This document shows positions 57,264 to 64,000 of a DNA stretch of 64,000 nucleotides, piece after piece (positions within the stretch are counted from its first letter, which is position 1; every line of letters begins with the position of its first letter). Made by a program: the position numbers and the translations under genes. The notes below the pieces were generated by a model. That model had not been told where the DNA came from, did no database searches, and saw nothing but the letters and a program-made list of their open reading frames with translations. Origin of the DNA: Bacteroidaceae bacterium (GTDB lineage: Bacteria > Bacteroidota > Bacteroidia > Bacteroidales > Bacteroidaceae); contig JAKSIP010000011.1 of the NCBI GenBank assembly GCA_024398715.1, positions 880 to 64,879 on the forward strand, in the 5' to 3' direction.

Positions 57264-57896
57264 TTAATTTATTCTGTGAGAGAATCTTGCCAATTTGACA
57301 TCGAATACAAGATTTGAATATAACGGGATGTTGGTTCTTTCAATGTTGTCATATCCAAGCTTGTAGGGAATGTATATTCTCCAATAATCTCCAACGTGCA
57401 TTTCCTGTAGAGCCGTAATCATTCCTACAACAAGACCTGAGTTGGGAAACGCGCCCGGCTCATTGAATTTCTCTTCCAATGAATCTGTCTTGAAAGACTG
57501 GTCGAAAATGAACCCGTTGGGATGTTCTGCTGTTGGTATGAGTCTGCCCCGATAGTGGATCCAGACAGAATCTGTGTACAGCGGAGTGGTTCCAACATGC
57601 TTGTTCGGGTTGTCTTCCAGAACAGTGCAGTAAACGTAGCTGCTTGCCGGAAAACTTAATGTACTGGCAGTGTCAAGACGGAATGAGCGTATGCGGAACA
57701 TTTCTCCCTTGACGGCGTTCTCTTTTGTCACGTTTCTTTTTTCGAACTCGGCTGTCATAGTGGCAACAGCGGACAGATGGCTGTTGTTGCGGTTTTTCCA
57801 ATCTGCATATTCATCTTCTTCTTTGGTTGAAGCACAGCAAACAAGTACAGGAAGAATCAGTATGGAAATTATTTTGACAGCGGCTTTCAGAAACAT
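57264..57896 (-). CDS. FKBP-type peptidyl-prolyl isomerase lipoprotein
   Basis: Lipobox PVLVCC. FKBP core HYRGRLIP...FDQS...GMITALQEMHVGDYWRIYIPYKLGY. Confidence 0.82.
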   Translation of the reverse strand: MFLKAAVKIISILILPVLVCCASTKEEDEYADWKNRNNSHLSAVATMTAEFEKRNVTKENAVKGEMFRIRSFRLDTASTLSFPASSYVYCTVLEDNPNKHVGTTPLYTDSVWIHYRGRLIPTAEHPNGFIFDQSFKTDSLEEKFNEPGAFPNSGLVVGMITALQEMHVGDYWRIYIPYKLGYDNIERTNIPLYSNLVFDVKLARFSHRIN

Positions 57897-57897
57897 T

Positions 57898-59436
57898 TTA
57901 TAAAGTTTTCAGCAGACTTGTAATAGTAACTTTGTCAGCAATGATGTTATTCAATTCTTTGATTGCAACACGTTCCTGCTCCATGGTGTCACGGTTACGC
58001 AGTGTGACTGTTCCGTCTTCAAGAGACTGGTAGTCAACTGTGATACAGTACGGAGTACCAATGGCATCCTGACGGCGGTAACGCTTGCCGATAGTATCTT
58101 TCTCGTCATACTGGCAGTTGAAATGGAACTTGAGGTCATTCTGAATCTGACGTGCAAGTTCTGGCAGTCCGTCTTTCTTTACCAGCGGAAGAATACCCAG
58201 TTTTACAGGAGCAAGTGCGGCAGGCAGGTGCAGTACGGTACGGGTCTCACCGTTCTCCAGCTGCTGCTCCTCATAAGAAGCGCACATAACGCTGAGGAAC
58301 ATACGGTCAACACCGATTGATGTTTCAATAACGTGTGGAGTGAAACTTTCTCCTGATTCCGGATCAAAGTATTTGATGCTCTTTCCGCTATATTTCTCAT
58401 GCTGTGAAAGGTCCCAGTTGGTGCGTGAGTGGATACCCTCAACCTCTTTGAAACCGAATGGCATAAGGAACTCGATATCTGTTGCGGCTGCTGCATAATG
58501 GGCAAGCTTCTCGTGATCGTGGTAGCGGTAATTCTGCTCGCCGAATCCGAGAGCAAGGTGCCATTTGAGACGTGTGGCCTTCCACTGTTTGAACCAGTCC
58601 ATATCGGTACCCGGCTTGATGAAGAACTGCATTTCCATCTGTTCAAACTCACGCATACGGAATATGAACTGACGGGCAACAATCTCGTTACGGAAAGCCT
58701 TGCCTATCTGTGCTATACCGAACGGCAGTTTCATACGGCCTGTCTTCTGGACATTCAGGTAGTTTACAAAAATACCCTGTGCTGTTTCCGGGCGCAGATA
58801 AACTTTCATTGAGCCGTCACTTGTAGAACCCATCTCTGTAGAGAACATAAGGTTGAACTGACGTACATCAGTCCAGTTTTTGGTTCCGCTGATAGGACAG
58901 ACGATGCCTTCGTCCAATATAATCTGACGCAATTCTTCAAGATTGCCGTCGTTCATGGCTTTCTTGTAACGTTCATGCAGTTCATCACGTTTGGCAGCGT
59001 GTTCAAGAACATTCTTGCTGGTTGCAAGATATTGGGCCTCGTCAAAACTGTCACCGAAACGTTTGCGGGCTTTCTCAACCTCTTTCTGAATCTTTTCGTC
59101 GTATTTTGCTATCTGGTCTTCAATCAGGACATCGGCTCTGTAGCGCTTCTTTGAATCTCTGTTGTCAATCAGAGGATCATTGAAAGCATCAACGTGACCG
59201 GATGCCTTCCATATTGTAGGATGCATGAAAATTGACGAGTCAATACCCACAATATTGTCGTGAAGCAGAACCATGCTCTGCCACCAGTACTGCTTGATGT
59301 TGTTCTTCAACTCAACGCCCATCTGACCATAGTCATAAACAGCGCCCAGTCCATCGTAAATATCACTTGACGGGAATACAAACCCGTATTCTTTGCAATG
59401 GGCTACAATTTTCTTAAAAACGTCTTCTTGAGCCAT
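57898..59436 (-). CDS. glyQS: Glycine--tRNA ligase (alpha2 type)
   Basis: 512 aa with class II motifs and full-length GlyRS resemblance (FRNEIVARQFIFRMREFEQME). Confidence 0.92.
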   Translation of the reverse strand: MAQEDVFKKIVAHCKEYGFVFPSSDIYDGLGAVYDYGQMGVELKNNIKQYWWQSMVLLHDNIVGIDSSIFMHPTIWKASGHVDAFNDPLIDNRDSKKRYRADVLIEDQIAKYDEKIQKEVEKARKRFGDSFDEAQYLATSKNVLEHAAKRDELHERYKKAMNDGNLEELRQIILDEGIVCPISGTKNWTDVRQFNLMFSTEMGSTSDGSMKVYLRPETAQGIFVNYLNVQKTGRMKLPFGIAQIGKAFRNEIVARQFIFRMREFEQMEMQFFIKPGTDMDWFKQWKATRLKWHLALGFGEQNYRYHDHEKLAHYAAAATDIEFLMPFGFKEVEGIHSRTNWDLSQHEKYSGKSIKYFDPESGESFTPHVIETSIGVDRMFLSVMCASYEEQQLENGETRTVLHLPAALAPVKLGILPLVKKDGLPELARQIQNDLKFHFNCQYDEKDTIGKRYRRQDAIGTPYCITVDYQSLEDGTVTLRNRDTMEQERVAIKELNNIIADKVTITSLLKTL

Positions 59437-59452
59437 ATTCTAAAATTTTTCG

Positions 59453-59460
59453 CAAAAGTA
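59453..59460 (-). promoter_or_regulatory. Candidate -7 box (TACTTTTG on the minus strand) for glyQS
   Basis: CAAAAGTA on the plus strand, 16 nt upstream of ATG 59436. Confidence 0.35.
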
Positions 59461-59505
59461 CTATATTTAATTGACAAAACATAATCAATTGTTATTAAAT
59501 TATTG

Positions 59506-59513
59506 TAACTTTG
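59506..59513 (+). promoter_or_regulatory. Candidate -7 box TAACTTTG for parC
   Basis: 28 nt upstream of ATG 59542. Confidence 0.4.
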
Positions 59514-59541
59514 AAGACTGAACAAGTAAAAGCATAAGTTT

Positions 59542-62220
59542 ATGGACCGGGATTATGATGATACGTTAGATGAACATGTTGACAATGCAGGGAGGGAGTT
59601 GCATTCGGATTATGTGCCAGTTGCGGACACTCAGGCGCAGGGCTCGCAACTTTCCGGAATGTTCAGGAACTGGTTCCTTGATTATGCCTCTTATGTGATT
59701 CTTGACAGGGCTGTACCATATCTTATTGACGGATTGAAACCGGTCCAAAGACGCATTCTGCATGCTATGAAGTGCTTGGATGACGGTCGTTTCAACAAGG
59801 TTGCAAACATTGTGGGGCATACAATGCAGTATCATCCGCATGGTGATGCTTCAATTGGCGATGCGCTTGTGCAGCTTGGTCAGAAAGATCTTCTTATAGA
59901 GTGTCAGGGTAACTGGGGAAATATCCTTACCGGTCATCATGCCGCCGCTCCGCGTTATATAGAGGCCCGCCTGTCAAAATTCGCGTTGGAAACGCTGTTT
60001 AATCCCAAGACTACTGAATGGAAACTGTCTTATGACGGGCGCAATCAGGAACCGGTAGCGCTCCCGGCAAAGTTTCCTCTGCTTCTTGCCCAAGGTGCCA
60101 AGGGTATAGGCGTAGGACTTTCTTCCATTATTCTGCCGCATAATTTCAACGAGATATGCGATGCCGCAGTGAGTTATCTCCGGGGAGAGGAATTCCATCT
60201 GTATCCTGATTTCCAGACAGGTGGTCAGATAGATGTGTCCCGTTACAATGACGGTGAACGCGGAGGAATGGTGAAAGTCCGTGCTAAAATAGAAAAGAGC
60301 AATGACAATAAAACACTTATCATAACAGAAATACCGTACGGAGAGAATGTTATGACGTTGTGTGATTCCATTGCACACGCGGGAGACAAGGGAAAAATAA
60401 AGATCCGTAAATTGGAAGACCTTACCGCTGAAAAGGCAGAAATACGCATTACGCTTGCTCCGGGTGTCTCGTCAGACAAGACAATTGATGCCCTTTATGC
60501 TTTCACTAACTGCGAGGTGAGTATCTTCCCCAACTGCTGTGTGGTCGATGACCAGCATCCCCATTTCCTGAATGTGAGTACGGTGCTCAAAAAATCCGTT
60601 GACAACACTCTGGTGCTGTTGCGCAAGGAACTTGAGATTGAGCGTTTCGAGATGATGGAAAAACTGCATTTCGCATCGTTGGAAAAGATCTTTATTGAAG
60701 AACGTATATACAAGGCTTCTGAATTTGAAGAGGCTGAATCTGTGGACAAGGCGTGTGAATATATTGATGAACGTCTGACTCCATATTATCCCACGTTCCT
60801 CAGAGAGGTTTCCAAGGACGATATTCTGAAGCTTCTCGATATAAAGATGGCGCGTATCCTGAAATTCAACAGCGATAAAGCAACCGATTATATTGTGCAG
60901 TTAAAGGATAATATTGCCCGTATTGACAAGAAACTTGCAAATATGGTACATGTTACCATTGAGTGGTTCACTTATCTTAAAAACAAGTATGGAGATGCAT
61001 ACAAGCGCCGTACCGAGTTCCGCAACTTTGACACTATTGTTGCAACCAAGGTGGTGGAAGCCAACCAGAAACTTTATATTAACCGTGCCGACGGATTTAT
61101 TGGTACAGGTCTCAAGAAAGATGAATATGTCTGCAATTGCAGCGATATTGACGATGTCATCCTTTTCTATAAGGACGGCACATACAAGTTTGTCAAGATT
61201 GCTGAAAAACTCTTTGTGGGACCTAATGTGATATGGGTTGATGTCTATAAGAGGAATGACAAACGTACCATATACAATCTGGTATATCGCGATGGGAAAA
61301 ACGGTCCGTATTATATGAAGCGTTTTTGTGCAACCGGTCTTGTACGCGATAAGGAATACAATGTCACCTTGGGAAAACCGGGCTCCAAAGTTGTTTATTT
61401 CACAGCAAACGGCAATGGCGAGGCCGAGGTTATCAAGATTCAGCTCAAACCGAACCCAAGACTGAAAAAACAGATTTTTGACAAGGATTTTTCTTCAATA
61501 GCAATCAAAGGGCGCCAGTCAATGGGTAACCTTGTTACAAGAAACGATGTTTTGCGTATTACACTCAAATCCCATGGTGTGTCAACTCTTGGCGGTCGCA
61601 AGGTCTGGTTTGACCGGGATGTGCTGAGACTCGATTTTGACGGGCATGGCACATATCTTGGAGAGTTCTCTGATGTTGAACGCCTGCTGGTTGTTCTTGA
61701 CAACGGAGAATACTATGTAACGGATACTGATCCGAGCAACCATTTCGATGCCAATATTTTGAGAATCGAGAAGTTTGTCCCTGATAAGATCTGGACTGCT
61801 TTCTATGCAAACGGATCTCAAAAGGGTATGCTGTATATCAAGCGTTTCCAGTTTGAACTGCAGAGCAAACGTTCAAATCTTGTTGGAGACGATAAGAAAA
61901 GCAGCCTTATTTTGTTGACAGATACAGTATTCCCAAATATTAAGGTTTCGTTCGGCGGAGCTGACAGCGTGCGCTCACCATTACAGATTGATGCCGAATC
62001 TTTTGTCTCTCAAATGAGCGTTAAGGCAAAAGGCAAAAGAGTCTCGTTATGGACGGTGGACAAAGTTGAGGAACTGGAACCTTTAAGATTTCCTGAAGTA
62101 GTAGAAGTTCCTGAACCTCAGGATGATGCTGACGATGTTGCAGAGTCCGAAACTTCTGTCCAATTGTCTATATTTGATTCCATAGAAGATTCATCTGATT
62201 ACAATGCGAATCCACAATAA
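59542..62220 (+). CDS. parC: DNA topoisomerase IV subunit A (gyrase/topo IV A family)
   Basis: DGLKPVQRRILHAM, active-site Tyr context AAPRYIEARL, and an acidic C-terminal tail. Confidence 0.88.
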   Translation: MDRDYDDTLDEHVDNAGRELHSDYVPVADTQAQGSQLSGMFRNWFLDYASYVILDRAVPYLIDGLKPVQRRILHAMKCLDDGRFNKVANIVGHTMQYHPHGDASIGDALVQLGQKDLLIECQGNWGNILTGHHAAAPRYIEARLSKFALETLFNPKTTEWKLSYDGRNQEPVALPAKFPLLLAQGAKGIGVGLSSIILPHNFNEICDAAVSYLRGEEFHLYPDFQTGGQIDVSRYNDGERGGMVKVRAKIEKSNDNKTLIITEIPYGENVMTLCDSIAHAGDKGKIKIRKLEDLTAEKAEIRITLAPGVSSDKTIDALYAFTNCEVSIFPNCCVVDDQHPHFLNVSTVLKKSVDNTLVLLRKELEIERFEMMEKLHFASLEKIFIEERIYKASEFEEAESVDKACEYIDERLTPYYPTFLREVSKDDILKLLDIKMARILKFNSDKATDYIVQLKDNIARIDKKLANMVHVTIEWFTYLKNKYGDAYKRRTEFRNFDTIVATKVVEANQKLYINRADGFIGTGLKKDEYVCNCSDIDDVILFYKDGTYKFVKIAEKLFVGPNVIWVDVYKRNDKRTIYNLVYRDGKNGPYYMKRFCATGLVRDKEYNVTLGKPGSKVVYFTANGNGEAEVIKIQLKPNPRLKKQIFDKDFSSIAIKGRQSMGNLVTRNDVLRITLKSHGVSTLGGRKVWFDRDVLRLDFDGHGTYLGEFSDVERLLVVLDNGEYYVTDTDPSNHFDANILRIEKFVPDKIWTAFYANGSQKGMLYIKRFQFELQSKRSNLVGDDKKSSLILLTDTVFPNIKVSFGGADSVRSPLQIDAESFVSQMSVKAKGKRVSLWTVDKVEELEPLRFPEVVEVPEPQDDADDVAESETSVQLSIFDSIEDSSDYNANPQ

Positions 62221-63067
62221 AATATATTCCTGTCTGTTAGCGATGCTCTCTGTTCTGCCTGTGGCAGCTGAGCGTAGCGTGGATACTGTTATGGAGTTGC
62301 CGGTCAATGCTGACCGTTGGAATAGCAAGGCTACTTTCCGCACCCAGACTTCTACATCGTTAGGCGCCGGACAAGTGCGTCTTCTTGACCAGTATCTGTC
62401 AGACAATATGTACCAGGGTGTAGCCATCAATTTCAACCGGGAAATCACACTCGGTCTGAAAAGGCATTCAAATATGTGGAGCTACTTTTACTATTCGTTG
62501 ACGTATGCTCCCACCTACGATTATTCCAAGTCCAGTATTACGCATTATCTGATGTTTCATTTTGATTATACGCATTATTTCAAATGTTTTCAGAATGCCC
62601 GTTTCTCAATACTGGCCGGACCGGGCGTATATTTTGATTTTGGCGGACTGTACAAGCCATCCAACAGCAACAATCCAGCCCAACTCAAGTCAAACCTGTC
62701 ATTGTCCGCATCTTTACAGGCATCGTACAGGTTCCGTATAAAGAATTACCCTATGTCGTTACGCTATAACATGAATATAGCCATGCTGGGTGTGATGTTT
62801 GCACCGGATTACGGTATGTTGTATTACGAATGGTTTATGCTTGACCAGGACCGTTATGCCGGTTCATTTGCATGGTGGGGAAATTCTTGGGCTATGATAC
62901 ACAAGTTTTCCATTGATTTTTATACATCAAGAAAGGTCCAGCTCAGACTGAGCTATACAGCCGGTTTTGACGGATATAGTATGAATGATCTGGAATCGCG
63001 CTTGAATTCTCATATTATCTCTCTGGGTATTATATTGCGCAGAGCTTATTTGGCTGTTCAAAAATGA
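62204..63067 (+). CDS. Signal-peptide protein, probable outer-membrane beta-barrel (DUF3316-like)
   Basis: Signal CLLAMLSVLPVAA and alternating aromatic/polar strands. 17-nt overlap with the parC end. The family name is tentative. Confidence 0.6.
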   Translation: MRIHNKIYSCLLAMLSVLPVAAERSVDTVMELPVNADRWNSKATFRTQTSTSLGAGQVRLLDQYLSDNMYQGVAINFNREITLGLKRHSNMWSYFYYSLTYAPTYDYSKSSITHYLMFHFDYTHYFKCFQNARFSILAGPGVYFDFGGLYKPSNSNNPAQLKSNLSLSASLQASYRFRIKNYPMSLRYNMNIAMLGVMFAPDYGMLYYEWFMLDQDRYAGSFAWWGNSWAMIHKFSIDFYTSRKVQLRLSYTAGFDGYSMNDLESRLNSHIISLGIILRRAYLAVQK

Positions 63068-64000
63068 AAAATAGAATAATAGGCATATTATCGGTGCTGG
63101 CAACACTCCTGTTAGAGTATGGCTGCGTAAAGGACAATAAGTTCGCCTCCACTCCCCAAGGTAACTTTGAAGCGCTTTGGACTATTCTGGACCACAATTA
63201 TTGTTTCTTCGATTTGAAAAAAGAGACTTTTAATCTTGATTGGGATTCCGTGTATGTCCAGTATAAGGCGCAGATTCACCCGGATATGACCGAAAGGGAA
63301 CTTTTTGATGTTCTGGGATCCATGGTCAATGAACTGCGGGACGGACATGTAAATCTTATAACACCTTTTGCTACCTCTTTCTATGACAGTTTCTATATGG
63401 ATTATGAGCCTAATTTTTCTCATGATTTCCTGGCACGTTCAGAGCGGTATCTTGCAAAAGACTGTTATTCTACAGGCGGAATGTGCTATAAAATATTCCC
63501 TGATGGTATAGGCTATATATATTATGGGGATTTTTCCAATGTGCTGTCTGACAGACAGATTATGGAAATTCTGCATTATTTCAAAGATTGTCATTCTTTG
63601 ATAATAGATATAAGAGGAAACGGCGGCGGCAACGGTGATTTTGCCAAAACACTTCCCGGTTTCTTTACAGATAAGGAAACACTGGTGGGCTACATAAGAC
63701 ATAAGACAGGTCCGGGAAGAAATGATTTTTCAGAATCCCAGTCCATTACTGTCAAACCATTTAACGGGACCGGTGTGTGGCTCAGACCTGTAGTTGTCCT
63801 TACTAACCGTGAGTGTTTCAGTGCGGCAAATGATTTTGCCAACAATATGCGTTATATGCCATATACAACGCTGATAGGCCAGCCTACAGGTGGTGGAGGA
63901 GGATTCCCGTTTACAAAGGAACTTCCCAACGGTTGGGAAATAAGGCTGTCAACGGCTCCTACATTTGACAGGGAAATGAATCCGGTTGAACAGGGAATAT
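63064..64000 (+). CDS. S41 family (tail-specific/Tricorn-core-like) peptidase lipoprotein, 3' end beyond window
   Basis: Not in the track because there is no stop before the window end. Translated by hand from ATG 63064 (ATGA overlap): MKNRIIGILSVLATLLLEYGC..., IIDIRGNGGGN, NRECFSAANDF. The frame is open to nt 64000. Confidence 0.8.
   Translation, partial: MKNRIIGILSVLATLLLEYGCVKDNKFASTPQGNFEALWTILDHNYCFFDLKKETFNLDWDSVYVQYKAQIHPDMTERELFDVLGSMVNELRDGHVNLITPFATSFYDSFYMDYEPNFSHDFLARSERYLAKDCYSTGGMCYKIFPDGIGYIYYGDFSNVLSDRQIMEILHYFKDCHSLIIDIRGNGGGNGDFAKTLPGFFTDKETLVGYIRHKTGPGRNDFSESQSITVKPFNGTGVWLRPVVVLTNRECFSAANDFANNMRYMPYTTLIGQPTGGGGGFPFTKELPNGWEIRLSTAPTFDREMNPVEQGI

Overview
This 64-kb window looks like a Bacteroidales-type (Bacteroidota) chromosome. 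I infer that from gene content and order (SecDF fusion, long-form IspG, RpoN, a GT9-DUF4254-WbqC trio, a DUF6057-like protein, many lipobox ORFs) and from recurrent TAnnTTTG -7 boxes. No database search was run. I call about 50 protein genes and one tRNA-Arg(CCT). I saw no rRNA, CRISPR array, transposase, integrase or phage genes. Most of the window is tightly packed housekeeping: ade, ispG, purE, rpoN, rnc-fabF-acpP, lepB, dapB, pckA, two 2-oxoacid:ferredoxin oxidoreductases, secDF, argS, rnhA, a lipid A remodelling/export trio, GH3 enzymes, glyQS and parC. Two accessory regions stand out. (i) nt 1-7587 holds a tandem pair of very large lipoproteins that fuse plant-type LRRs, a thioredoxin fold with a degenerate active site, and an M64 (IgA-protease family) metallopeptidase. 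The pair shares two blocks of perfect nucleotide identity (401 bp and 236 bp) around a diverged, AT-rich central module. (ii) nt 47946-57245 is a minus-strand gene string. A four-subunit oxidoreductase operon runs with a 3-nt gap into a DUF6057-like polytopic membrane protein. Next come a beta-propeller lipoprotein with a single CXXCH motif, a 1029-aa GLUG-type beta-helix protein interrupted by a hydrophobic hairpin, and an unlisted 44-codon ORF. This is my best candidate for an undescribed system, but every functional reading of it is inference. Smaller oddities are a STAS-kinase fusion, a C26-M19 peptidase fusion, a PAP2 phosphatase with a beta-barrel-like tail, and a 50-bp tandem repeat in the trailer of the tRNA.
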